In this document: piece by piece, positions 41,335 to 50,848 of the stretch
Numbering within the stretch: the first letter of the stretch is position 1
Layout of the letters: every line of letters starts with the position of its first letter
Origin: Candidatus Eiseniibacteriota bacterium
GTDB taxonomy: Bacteria; Eisenbacteria; RBG-16-71-46; CAVPCR01
DNA length: 64,000 nucleotides
Direction of reading: 5' to 3'
Assembly: GCA_963702435.1 (NCBI GenBank)
Contig: CAVPCR010000002.1
Coordinates: forward strand, 384,001 to 448,000
Made by a program: the position numbers and the translations under genes
Notes under the pieces: model-generated
The model's database searches: none
What the model was told of the DNA's origin: nothing
Seen by the model: only the letters and a program-made list of their open reading frames with translations

Positions 41335-44214
41335 TCATCGCACCACCACGAACTTGCCGATCTGGCTGCAGGTCGGCGACTCCACCGAATAGAGGTAGAT
41401 CCCCGACACGATGTCCTGCCCGTTGCGGCTGATCAGATTCCAGTAGGTGGTGCCGCCGTCCTGCTCATCCGGGGGCAGCGACTCCACCAGGTCGCCGGAC
41501 AGGGTGAAGATGCGTACAGTGGTTCCGGGCGGCAGGTGGTTGAACGCGATCTTGGTCCCGGTCGGGTCGGTCGGATTCGGCTTCAAGTCCCACCCCGCCC
41601 CGCCCACATACGGGTTGGGCACGACCTTGATCGCATCGCAGCCGGCCGCCGGCGATGAACCGGGGAAGACGGCGGAGTCCTCGCTCGAGGCCGGTCGCGT
41701 CTGCAGCTCGATCGTCTGCAAGAGACCCTGCACCTCCTCGACGACCTCCGAGTACGCCGTCACCACGTAGAAGTAAGGGTAACCGGGCAGCACGTTCGTG
41801 TCGTTGTACCGGTAGTAGCCCTTGCACCAGAGCGTGTCGCACACGGTGCCGACGAGTGAATCCGCCAGGACCGGTATGGTCGTATCGCCTTCCGCCGTCT
41901 GGAAGACGCGCGGGCGCGCCACCTGCAGATAGCGATCCACGCAGGTCGTGGCGTCGATCTGCTGATATCCCCCTGAGCGATCCACGAGGTATCCGAGCGG
42001 GCAACTCCCGATGTCCTGCGAGAAGACGCTCGCCGAGTCGACCGCCAGATCGGGCCGTGGACCGTCCTCGAGGAAGTACGGCTCGTTCAGCTTCCGGGTC
42101 TCGAGCACGGAGATCGGACAGGGGCTGTCCTCCGGCCGGTCGAGCCCGGCGATGTAGAACTCGAATGCCTCATGGCTCGGCAAGCAGAAGTTCCAGGTGA
42201 CGTAGTCGGTTTGTGCGAAGGGCGGGTTGCCCGCGATGTCGGGCCTGAGAGCCTTGAGCTTGACGCAGCTCGAGTCGGCAACCGCCGAGAAGTCGCCGAG
42301 GAGCTGGAAGCTCTCGGTCGGCACGCTCGAGGACTCGCGCTCCCAGTTGGCCGCCTTCCACACCCGGTAGCCCTTGAAGTTCTTGGCGCCCGTGATCGGG
42401 TTGACCGACTTGTCGACGAGGTTGTCCCAGTAGACCATGATCTCGTTCGACTGGGCCACGGCCAGCGGTCCCCCGAGGCAATCCTCGTCGCCCGGTTCGA
42501 CGCCCGTGACGAGCCCCGACGTGGCCACCGCGATCGGGGGCGCCGGCGGCGGCGACACGCCGATCCAGTTGACGCGGCTCTCCTTGCCGTCGGACCCCGT
42601 GCAGGTGTGCGCCGGGTTGGGGCAGTCCCCATCGATCCAGGTGCAGGTCGAACGCTCGCACTGCACCTCCGGGTCCTGCGGATCGCAGTTGTGGTCGATG
42701 GTGGCGAACTGGCCGCCGCTGCCGCAGAACACGCACTTCTCGCGGCCGAAGATACCGGTCGCCGCATCGCCGTCGAGGTTGAAGAAGTCGCCGTCGAAGA
42801 TGCGCTGCGCGTTGACGGCGTTGGCCTTGAGGCCGTTCGGGCCCTCGTACCCGTCCCCGATCACGAAGGCCACCTGGAAGGTGAGGAAGGTGTCCGGGAG
42901 GAGCTCCGAGAAGGGACCGACGGCAAGCACGTAACGATAGTCGCGCGGATCGGTCGGCGGCTCCTGGATGAACTTCCCCTCATCCGTGCGTGCGCTTCGC
43001 GACAGGAGCTCATAGCGCTCGAAGTCGTTCTCCGGGTCGCGGATGGTGCCGCCCTGGGCGAACCAGACGAAGGTCCGGATGCCGACCTCCGCCGGCGCCA
43101 CGAGCCCAGCGGGATCGGTCGAATGGCCGAGGAAGAGGCCGCCGAACCAGCCCGGCACGTCCCCGGTGTCCGTGATCGAATGGCTCTGGTCGGGCAGGTC
43201 CTGCATGTACCCGAGCTGAATCTTGACCTGCGTCCGCCGGCAGCTGGCGGGCGTCGAGGGCCGCGGGTCGACGATCGTGGTGTCGATCTCGGCGAACCCC
43301 ACCAGGTCATCGAGGTACATGTTCGGGAACTCGTCGTTATCTGCCGGACCCACATCCGAGTCGACGAAGAATCCGAGGTAGATCTCGCGCAGCGGCCGCG
43401 CTCCGTCGTTCCAGATCTTGTAATCGAGGCCGACCATGTTCTCGGCCCCGCCGGAGGACCAGGCGAAGCTCCGCTGCTGGATGCGCAGGTTGAGCGGAAC
43501 GTGCTCGTTGAAGAACTGGGTCGAGACCTCGCCGTAGTCGGTGCACTCGGACGAGAACATCTGCTGCGAGATGGCCTCGAAGTCCTCGTCGATCTGGCCG
43601 TCCTGGTCGTCGTCCTTCCCGTTCCGGAAGTCCTCGTTGATGCTGCTCAGGTCGTTGACCCCCGTCGCATCCCCGTCGTCGTCCGCCGACGTCGAGTTGC
43701 CCGAGCTCGAGTAGCGCGCGCCGCCGCGCTCCCCCTCGAAGCTCGTGTAGATCCGATCGCGGACATCCTCGAAGTCGGGGAGGAACTCGGTGTCGTAGGC
43801 CCCGGTGGAGACGTGCGGATTGCCGTCGGCATCCACCGCCCCGACCCACAACCCGGCCATGAACAGGTACTCGTCGTTCGAGCCGGGAGGCCACTCGGCC
43901 GACGGGCGCGAGCAGAAGCGGCCGAAGAAGTCACCCACGAACCCGCCGTTCGACATGTGCAGGAGCAGGTTCCCCGCCGAGTGGATGTAGGTGCAGCTCC
44001 GCTCGAAGATGGCCTCTCCCCCGCGGTCGTCCAGGTACTCCTCGAGCCCCGGGTAGTACTTGCCGTCGAAACCGGGCGCCTTGACCTTGTCCGAGTAGGC
44101 GGCGGCCCCGGTCGCCCAGGCGGCAGCGAGGAGGACGAGGAGGGCGAGCGCCACCCGACGGCGATCGCCCCGGCGGTTCAGCGACGCTCCGGTCGCGAAC
44201 GGGAAGAAACTCAT
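41335..44214 (-). CDS. Large secreted Asp/Cys-rich protein with T9SS-like C-terminal domain
   Basis: TGATG coupling to the TBDR. Signal peptide; SAEWPPGS..EYLF..GLWVG; FKGYRVWK; YFYVVTAY; VVPNPY...IFTLSGDLV...WNL.SRNGQ...SGIYLY...GKFVVVR. Confidence 0.85.
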   Translation of the reverse strand: MSFFPFATGASLNRRGDRRRVALALLVLLAAAWATGAAAYSDKVKAPGFDGKYYPGLEEYLDDRGGEAIFERSCTYIHSAGNLLLHMSNGGFVGDFFGRFCSRPSAEWPPGSNDEYLFMAGLWVGAVDADGNPHVSTGAYDTEFLPDFEDVRDRIYTSFEGERGGARYSSSGNSTSADDDGDATGVNDLSSINEDFRNGKDDDQDGQIDEDFEAISQQMFSSECTDYGEVSTQFFNEHVPLNLRIQQRSFAWSSGGAENMVGLDYKIWNDGARPLREIYLGFFVDSDVGPADNDEFPNMYLDDLVGFAEIDTTIVDPRPSTPASCRRTQVKIQLGYMQDLPDQSHSITDTGDVPGWFGGLFLGHSTDPAGLVAPAEVGIRTFVWFAQGGTIRDPENDFERYELLSRSARTDEGKFIQEPPTDPRDYRYVLAVGPFSELLPDTFLTFQVAFVIGDGYEGPNGLKANAVNAQRIFDGDFFNLDGDAATGIFGREKCVFCGSGGQFATIDHNCDPQDPEVQCERSTCTWIDGDCPNPAHTCTGSDGKESRVNWIGVSPPPAPPIAVATSGLVTGVEPGDEDCLGGPLAVAQSNEIMVYWDNLVDKSVNPITGAKNFKGYRVWKAANWERESSSVPTESFQLLGDFSAVADSSCVKLKALRPDIAGNPPFAQTDYVTWNFCLPSHEAFEFYIAGLDRPEDSPCPISVLETRKLNEPYFLEDGPRPDLAVDSASVFSQDIGSCPLGYLVDRSGGYQQIDATTCVDRYLQVARPRVFQTAEGDTTIPVLADSLVGTVCDTLWCKGYYRYNDTNVLPGYPYFYVVTAYSEVVEEVQGLLQTIELQTRPASSEDSAVFPGSSPAAGCDAIKVVPNPYVGGAGWDLKPNPTDPTGTKIAFNHLPPGTTVRIFTLSGDLVESLPPDEQDGGTTYWNLISRNGQDIVSGIYLYSVESPTCSQIGKFVVVR

Positions 44215-46940
44215 CAGAAGGTCACCCCCACGCCAAGACGCATCACGCGCGGCTCCCCGTAGACACGCGGATCGTCGAGTGGCACCCAGTTGGAGAGTCC
44301 GTCTCCGTCGGTGTCGTCGCCGAGATAGGCGCCGCCGGCGAGACCGGTCTCGGTGTAGTACGCCGAGTAGTCGATCAGATCCTCGCTGGCGGTCAGGCCG
44401 GGGGGCCAGTTGTCGGGCTCGAGCTCCACGATGTTCTCGGAGTCGAGGAGATTCCGCGCCTGCAGGAAGAACGTGAAGTTCTGCCCGTAGATCCTGAAGA
44501 ACTTGTCGGCCTGCACGTCGAGCGTCGAGGTGGAGGGCAGGCGCCCGGTGTTCGTGTCCTTGGGATCCAGCTCCTTCTGGTAGCGGCTGCGCGGCGTGTA
44601 CGGGAAGCCGGAACCGTAGCGCCAGACAAAGCTCGTCGACCAGCTGCCGGGGTCGGAGACGTAGAGCGTGCTGGAGAGCGTGTGCCGCTGATCCCAATCG
44701 AGCGACTGCTCGGAGATCGGCAGATAGAGGAGCTCATCCGAGTTGCGCAGCGTCTCCTCCTCGTCCGAGGCCACGCCGGTGGCGATCCCGAAGGTGTAGT
44801 CGAAGTTGGCCGAGAAGTTGTGGCTGAAACGCTTGGTCACCGACACCTCGAAGCCGCGCGACGAAGCGTAGTCCTGATTGACATAGGTGGCGATGAGATC
44901 GGGCGACCCCGCCGCTACGAGGCGCCTGGTGGTGAGGAGCCCGAAGATGTCCTTGAAGTACACCGCGAACTGGCCGACCACGGTGGGCGTGAAGACGTGC
45001 TGCACGCCGGCCTGGTAGGCGATCGTGGTCTCGGCATCCAGGTCGGGGTTGCCGCGCACGACGGCGAGCGGCCCGCGATCCTCGAAGATGAAGATGCGGT
45101 CCGGCACCTGGAAATAGCGCCCATAGGTGAAGCTGAACACGTCGCGGTCGGAGATCGGGAAGGCGATGCCGAGTCGCGGCGAGAGCTGGGTCTTGACCCG
45201 ATCGCTCACCTCGCTCGATGGGATCTGATCGCCCACCGAGAACACGTCGTAGCGGAGGCCGGCATTGATGACCATCCCCTCGTGCTCCCAGCGATCTTGA
45301 AGATAGAGCGAGCCCTCGGGGTTGTAGTAATGGAACGCCGTCTTGTCCGTGCCGTACGTGCCCTGGACGTTGATCTCGTTCGGGTAGCGGATCGAGTTGA
45401 CCTGGAGGTCGTTGTAGAGACCCTGGACGCCCCACTTGATCAGGTGCTTCTGCTGCTTCTTGGTCCAGTCGTTCTTGATCGTGTAGACCTGGTTATCGCG
45501 CGTGTAGAAACGCGGGTAGTCGCCGTTCGAGGCGAAGAACGGTTCGCTCAGGTCGTTGATGTTGTCGACCCAGTAGAAGGGTCGCTGCTGCTCGTACTCC
45601 CACGGCTCGCGGCCCAGCACCCGCCGGTCGGTCTCGTACGAGGCTCGCGAGAGCCGCAGGTTGTAGAAGGTCTCGTTCGAGATGTTCTGGCGCCAGACGA
45701 TCTTGTACTGATCGAACAGCTCCTCGCGATTGGGCGTGTGCGCCGGGGCGCTGTACGGAACGAAGTTCTCGTTCTCCTGATAGAGGCTGAACCGCCCGTA
45801 CTCGATGAACTCCCGGCCCTGGGAGTCCACCGTGACCCGGGTCTCCACGAAGCCGTCGCGCGCCCAGCGATGGATATAGGCGTCGGACACGGTCCGCGAG
45901 TTCAGGTACTCGCCGGTGAGCTTGACGTTCGGCGTGATCTTGTAGGCGAGCTTGCCCTGGAGCTTGATGTCGTTCGACTGCCGGTTGCCGAGCGAGACGA
46001 AGTCGAGGAAGGAGTAGCGATACCGGTCCTCCGAGGTCTTGAGGTAGGTGTCTTCCCAGGTGCCCTCGTAGGACATGAAGTAGGTAAGTCCGCGCACCGG
46101 CGTGGGCCCGCCGAAGCCGAGGCTCACGCGGTCGAAGTTGTTGAAGGTACGATCCGGCGCGCCGTAGTCGTCCGTGTAGAAGCGGAACTCGCCGCCAAAC
46201 TCCTCGGTGCCCTCGCGGGTCTCCAGATTCACGACCCCGGACTGGGCGTTGCCGAACTCGGCCTCGAAGCCGCCGGTGATGACCTCGCTCGACTGGAGCG
46301 CCGCGGTGCCGATGTCGACCCCGGTCTGACCGAGTGGGTCGCGGACCGGCACGCCGTCCACGTAGTAGGCGACCTCGCCGCCGCGGCCGCCGCGGAAATG
46401 CAGCTCGCCGCCCTGGGAGACGACGCCGGCTTTGAGGGCAATGGCCTCGTTCACGTCGTCGACCGGCAGCTGCCGCAGCATCTCGCGGTCCACCGAGTGA
46501 TGCGTATCGGCGCGCTCCTTCGAGACGAGCTGGGCCTTGGCCTCGACGACGATCTCCTGTTCCTTGAAGGCCTCGTCGCGCAGCTGGAAATCGGCGGTGG
46601 TCTTGCCGCCCGCGGCGACGGCGATCCCGGACTTGGATACGGGATTGTAGCCGATGTATGAGGCCTGCAGCTCGTAGGTGCCGGGGGGAACGTTCGTGAT
46701 CGTAAAGGTGCCGTCATCCTTCGAGATGTTGCCCATCTGCGTGCCGAGGATCACGACGTTGGCGTAGGGCAGCGGCTCCCCGGTTCGCGCGTCGGTTATC
46801 TTGCCGCTGACCGTCCCGGCCTGGGCCAGGAGCGGCGCGGCGGACAGACCCTGCAGGAGGACAACAACCAGGAGAGCTAGTCCGGCCGGGGGGAGCCATC
46901 TGTGGACGCTAGCGCGCATGGCGAACAAGCTCCTCATCAC
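44214..46940 (-). CDS. TonB-dependent receptor with N-terminal carboxypeptidase-regulatory-like domain
   Basis: GKITDARTGEPLPYANV, plug motif RGGR..EV.YYVDG, TGGF.AEFGNAQSGVVN, SPRLG, GNPDL, ending GVTF. Alternative start at 46919. Confidence 0.93.
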   Translation of the reverse strand: MMRSLFAMRASVHRWLPPAGLALLVVVLLQGLSAAPLLAQAGTVSGKITDARTGEPLPYANVVILGTQMGNISKDDGTFTITNVPPGTYELQASYIGYNPVSKSGIAVAAGGKTTADFQLRDEAFKEQEIVVEAKAQLVSKERADTHHSVDREMLRQLPVDDVNEAIALKAGVVSQGGELHFRGGRGGEVAYYVDGVPVRDPLGQTGVDIGTAALQSSEVITGGFEAEFGNAQSGVVNLETREGTEEFGGEFRFYTDDYGAPDRTFNNFDRVSLGFGGPTPVRGLTYFMSYEGTWEDTYLKTSEDRYRYSFLDFVSLGNRQSNDIKLQGKLAYKITPNVKLTGEYLNSRTVSDAYIHRWARDGFVETRVTVDSQGREFIEYGRFSLYQENENFVPYSAPAHTPNREELFDQYKIVWRQNISNETFYNLRLSRASYETDRRVLGREPWEYEQQRPFYWVDNINDLSEPFFASNGDYPRFYTRDNQVYTIKNDWTKKQQKHLIKWGVQGLYNDLQVNSIRYPNEINVQGTYGTDKTAFHYYNPEGSLYLQDRWEHEGMVINAGLRYDVFSVGDQIPSSEVSDRVKTQLSPRLGIAFPISDRDVFSFTYGRYFQVPDRIFIFEDRGPLAVVRGNPDLDAETTIAYQAGVQHVFTPTVVGQFAVYFKDIFGLLTTRRLVAAGSPDLIATYVNQDYASSRGFEVSVTKRFSHNFSANFDYTFGIATGVASDEEETLRNSDELLYLPISEQSLDWDQRHTLSSTLYVSDPGSWSTSFVWRYGSGFPYTPRSRYQKELDPKDTNTGRLPSTSTLDVQADKFFRIYGQNFTFFLQARNLLDSENIVELEPDNWPPGLTASEDLIDYSAYYTETGLAGGAYLGDDTDGDGLSNWVPLDDPRVYGEPRVMRLGVGVTF

Positions 46941-47008
46941 TCCAATGCCTTGTTGCGAGCGAACTGGGAGTCACGCTCCAGGCCGTTCGATCCGGCACGA
47001 CTCTCGCC

Positions 47009-47038
47009 AGTCTAGGCGCCGCCCGCCGGCGGGGTCAA
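47009..47038 (-). promoter_or_regulatory. Putative sigma70 promoter of the TBDR operon
   Basis: TTGACC-N18-TAGACT. Confidence 0.55.
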
Positions 47039-47190
47039 GATTGGCCGGGCCGCATCGCCGGTTCCCGGAGTCAACCTCCCATCGCCCATCCCCTTCCACT
47101 CACCAATCGCCCTGTTTACCGCCCCACCCTGACGGGCTTCCGCCCCCGGGCTCGCTCGTGGCGAGAACCGGTCGGGAGCCCGATCGCCTG

Positions 47191-48816
47191 CTAGAAGAAG
47201 AGACTCCGCAACTGCAGCGTCACGCGCTTCCGATCCTGGTCCTCGACCACCTCGTCGGCGACTCCCGGCTCCCCGGCGTCCGAGCGCACCCAGTCGTAGC
47301 TGAACGCCAGGTCGAGGGTGAGCGCCCCGCTCGCCGTCCGGTAGCCGGCGCCGAGCGCCAGGCGATGCGCGCTCGACTCCCCGACCGGATCGTCCACGTC
47401 TCGGTTCTCGTCGCCGCTGAAGTACCGGTAGCCGGCCCTCGCCACCACGGGGACCGCGATCGCGTACTCGCCGCCCGCTCCCAGCTCGAGCGATGACGCG
47501 CCCACGCGCTCCGTGGGCGGGCTGATGCTCTCGTCCCGATCGCTCCAGCCCCAGGCCAGCTCTCCGGCCAGGAGACCCCGGCCCTGGGGCAGGAAGTAGG
47601 TGCCCCCACCCTTCCCCTCCCAGACCGTGACCCGCTGGCTCCTGGCCGTGACATAGGAGTTCACATTCGTCCCCGGAAGCAGCCAGTACTCGCTCTGCCC
47701 CGCATTGAAGCCAAGCCCAAAGGAGACCGGCAGATCGGGAGGCTTCACCTCCCACCGGGTCAGGAACCCCGAGTCCCGGAACCCCTCCTCGTGCACCGCC
47801 CGCGTCTCGACGATGGTCTGGTTCGTGGGGTTCAGGGAGTACTGGGGCGACCAGTTGTAGCTGGCCGACTCCTGGCCCTCGAAGGACCGGTAACGGAAAT
47901 CCAGTCCGCCCTTGGCCCACCCGGCCACGTCGCCGAGCAGGTGGACGTTCATGCCCCAGGGATTGCGCTCCCAGGTGTACTCATCCGTATGGAGGTCGTC
48001 CGCCGAGATCCCATCGATCCGCGTGTCGGCCAGACCCCCGTTCACGCCGAGGACCCAGTCCTCGAAGGGTCCGGCTTTCGAGAACAGGCGGCCGGCGATG
48101 CTGGCCTTGGCCGCCCAGGTGTGCACGTCGTTGTCCAGGTCGTAGGTGGTAGCGGCCACTCGCTCCTCATCCTCCGACTGGTAGCTGCCGAGGAGGCCGA
48201 AGGAGAAGCGCTCGGTGAGCCGTCGCGCGTAGTGGACGTTGAACAGCGCGCCGGCGAGGTCGGCGGTGATCGGCGTGCCCGCGTTGGATCCCGCTTCCGG
48301 GTTCGCAACCGGCAGCCCGAACAGGCGGAGGAACTCGTCGGTGACCACCCGTTCGCCCTCTCCGCTCGTCAGGTTCATCGACCCGCCGATGGCATACCGG
48401 TCATTGGGCAGGGCATTGCCGAGGAAGCCGACCGGGTACACCCGGAAGTCCTGGTCCGGGGCTTCCGGCGTCGTGCGATCCACCCAGCCCCGCCAGCCGC
48501 CCCAGGCATCGATGTGATGGGTGGGCTTGTCATCGAGATGGCCGACCAGATTGCCGCCGAAATCGAGCAGGTTGATCTCGTTGTTCTCGTCGGGGACGGC
48601 TTCCCCCATCCCTCCCAACGCCTCGAGTCGGGCCTTTGGCAGGCCGGGGCGCGGATCAATCCCGGTGCCGAGCGACCAGGGTTCCAGGATCTGGCCCGTC
48701 GCCGGCTGCGCCGCGGCCAGGAGCCAGAGCCCGGCCAGGCCGGCGAGGAAGAAGGCACGGCCCCGCGGCTCCGGCCATCGCCTCGAGCGCTCCCCCTGCG
48801 GAGAGGTGTCCAGCAT
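47191..48816 (-). CDS. Hypothetical outer membrane beta-barrel protein
   Basis: Signal peptide; ARLEALGGMG N-terminal motif similar to FadL/PorV hatch motifs; alternating beta strands (GGEY, RAGY, LGAGY, DLAFSY); ends LFF. Confidence 0.75.
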   Translation of the reverse strand: MLDTSPQGERSRRWPEPRGRAFFLAGLAGLWLLAAAQPATGQILEPWSLGTGIDPRPGLPKARLEALGGMGEAVPDENNEINLLDFGGNLVGHLDDKPTHHIDAWGGWRGWVDRTTPEAPDQDFRVYPVGFLGNALPNDRYAIGGSMNLTSGEGERVVTDEFLRLFGLPVANPEAGSNAGTPITADLAGALFNVHYARRLTERFSFGLLGSYQSEDEERVAATTYDLDNDVHTWAAKASIAGRLFSKAGPFEDWVLGVNGGLADTRIDGISADDLHTDEYTWERNPWGMNVHLLGDVAGWAKGGLDFRYRSFEGQESASYNWSPQYSLNPTNQTIVETRAVHEEGFRDSGFLTRWEVKPPDLPVSFGLGFNAGQSEYWLLPGTNVNSYVTARSQRVTVWEGKGGGTYFLPQGRGLLAGELAWGWSDRDESISPPTERVGASSLELGAGGEYAIAVPVVARAGYRYFSGDENRDVDDPVGESSAHRLALGAGYRTASGALTLDLAFSYDWVRSDAGEPGVADEVVEDQDRKRVTLQLRSLFF

Positions 48817-48842
48817 CACGGCGCCCTCGTACTCGCTCCGCG

Positions 48843-50282
48843 TCAGAAGCGGAGCGTGGATGAGAAGTAGAGATTGTGGAGCGACTCCTCGACCTCGACG
48901 ATGTCGAGCTGCGTGCCGGGCGGCGGCGCGTTGTCGAAGAGGAACTCCGTGTAGGTGTACTTGGTCGTGTCGAACGCCACGTCGAAGTCCACGGTCGGGA
49001 AGTGCAGTCCGATGCCGAGCGACCAGGTATGGGCCTCGACGCGGTCGCCGCGGAAGTCGCGGAACCCGTTGGGACCCACCTCGGCGCTCAGGCTGTCCAC
49101 GTTGGCCTTCTGCGTCGGCGTGGTATGGAACCCGAGCCGGAGTGGAATCTCCGTGCCCTGGCCGCGATTGAACGTGTACTCGCCGCCGAGGTGGACGGAG
49201 TGCGTCGGATAGGCGGAGTTCTCGACGACGACCGACCCGGACCCGGTGTCCACGCGCCGCTCCACCTCGTTCCACGGGCGATACTGGTAGTCGGCGGCGA
49301 CGAGGAGGCCGGTCAAGGGCGCATAGGGCACGGCATACGAGGCGCCGACCCCGTACATGAGCGGGATCTCGCTCGTCGCATCCGAGAGCTGGAAGCTGAC
49401 GAGCGTGTCCGCGGCGGGGACCCCGGAACCCGGCAGGATGAGCACCCGGAGCGAGCCGGGTCCGCCCTGCTGCTCGAGGTCATAGCCGGGGTGGAGCACG
49501 GCCCCGACCTTGAGCTCCGGCAGCACCTGGACCGTGGCGCCCAGATCGGTCGAGAACCCGTTCAGCTCGTAGCGCACCTTCTGGGTCACGTTGTAGAACT
49601 CCTGACCCTGGAACGCCACGCTCTGTTCATCCGACTCCTCGACGAAGCCGGTGAGGAAGTTGAAGTTGACTCCCAGCGCGACCCGGGAGTGCGGCCGCCC
49701 GGCAACCGACACGGTCCAGGCGTCCTCGCCGCCCTCCGATTGGCTGAGCCGGTTGAAGGGGATGGAGAATCCGCCGCCGGGATCGAACTCGATGAGCTGC
49801 TCCTGGGCGGCGAGCCCATCCACAACGCGGCGATACCCCAGAGCCCCCACCAGTCCGTACGTCTGTGACCAGCCCTTGAACGGTGAGGGGGTCGCCCCGC
49901 CGACCAGGTAGTAAGTGAACTGCGCCTGCGGCGAGTCGGTGAAATCGACCACGGGAGCGGGAACGCCGCCGCCCGAGAAGATGGGAATCCCCTCGGTGAT
50001 CTGACCCGACCCGAAATGCAGCCGCAAGTCCCCCGTGAGCTCGGGCTCGGTGATGGCGGCGAGTCCGGCCGGATTCCAGCCGATCGACTCGACCCCGTCG
50101 GCAACCGACAGGTACGCGCCCCCCATGCCGCGGGCGCGGGCGCCCACCATGGCCAGGTCCGGCGGCTCCTGGCCGCAGGCCGGGAGCGGCGGCCATCCCG
50201 TCATGAGACCCAGCGCCAGGGCGAGCACCCCGAGCCGGCTCCCCGCCCGCCCGGCCACCCGGTTGGTTATCTGCCTCAGCAT
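48843..50282 (-). CDS. OmpP1/FadL-like outer membrane beta-barrel
   Basis: GARARGMGGA...ADG....WNPAGL, HLGGEY, LRLGF, C-terminal LRF. Confidence 0.82.
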   Translation of the reverse strand: MLRQITNRVAGRAGSRLGVLALALGLMTGWPPLPACGQEPPDLAMVGARARGMGGAYLSVADGVESIGWNPAGLAAITEPELTGDLRLHFGSGQITEGIPIFSGGGVPAPVVDFTDSPQAQFTYYLVGGATPSPFKGWSQTYGLVGALGYRRVVDGLAAQEQLIEFDPGGGFSIPFNRLSQSEGGEDAWTVSVAGRPHSRVALGVNFNFLTGFVEESDEQSVAFQGQEFYNVTQKVRYELNGFSTDLGATVQVLPELKVGAVLHPGYDLEQQGGPGSLRVLILPGSGVPAADTLVSFQLSDATSEIPLMYGVGASYAVPYAPLTGLLVAADYQYRPWNEVERRVDTGSGSVVVENSAYPTHSVHLGGEYTFNRGQGTEIPLRLGFHTTPTQKANVDSLSAEVGPNGFRDFRGDRVEAHTWSLGIGLHFPTVDFDVAFDTTKYTYTEFLFDNAPPPGTQLDIVEVEESLHNLYFSSTLRF

Positions 50283-50307
50283 CAAGTCCCTCCCCCGACC
50301 TGGCGCG

Positions 50308-50817
50308 TCAGTTCGACCCGGCGAGACCCGCGGCAACGGCGAGCCCGCTCCAGAAGATGGCCTCGACGACGGTGCGGCGCCGGTCGATCGAGATGAGCGA
50401 GATCGACTCGATCTCGTCGCGAGCGAGGAGCGCATTGCCGACCGAGGGCCGCTCGGCCACCGTTTCGGCGTCTTCGGCGGCGTGCCGGAGATCGGTCCAG
50501 TCACCGCTCTTGCCTCCGTCGATCACGAGCTCGCGGGCGGTCAGGCCGATGAACTCGTCGGTCACCTCGCCCACCTCCGCCGCAAACATGCTGTCGCCCT
50601 GGACGAACTTGACCTCCTGGCCGCTCACGAAGCGACCGCGCAGCGTGCGATCCCCCTTGAGCTCCACCTCGTACTCGCGGCCATCGGCAATGTTGACATC
50701 GGAGGTGCTGAGCGCGACCCGCTTCGTGCAACCGGCGCCGAGCGCGAGCACCGCGGACAGCGCCAGGAGAGCCACGATCCAGGGAGCACGCCCCCCGTGT
50801 CTTGAACTGTGCTTCAT
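50308..50817 (-). CDS. Hypothetical lipoprotein with C-terminal hydrophobic segment
   Basis: Lipobox LGAGC after a hydrophobic stretch; C-terminal AIFWSGLAVAAGLAG. Confidence 0.7.
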   Translation of the reverse strand: MKHSSRHGGRAPWIVALLALSAVLALGAGCTKRVALSTSDVNIADGREYEVELKGDRTLRGRFVSGQEVKFVQGDSMFAAEVGEVTDEFIGLTARELVIDGGKSGDWTDLRHAAEDAETVAERPSVGNALLARDEIESISLISIDRRRTVVEAIFWSGLAVAAGLAGSN

Positions 50818-50848
50818 GAGCGCCTTTCCTCGCCTCCCGGGCCTCATC

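Noticed and set aside
42720..42740. CVFC as a heme c site in the cargo protein
   Set aside because: Followed by Gly, not His.
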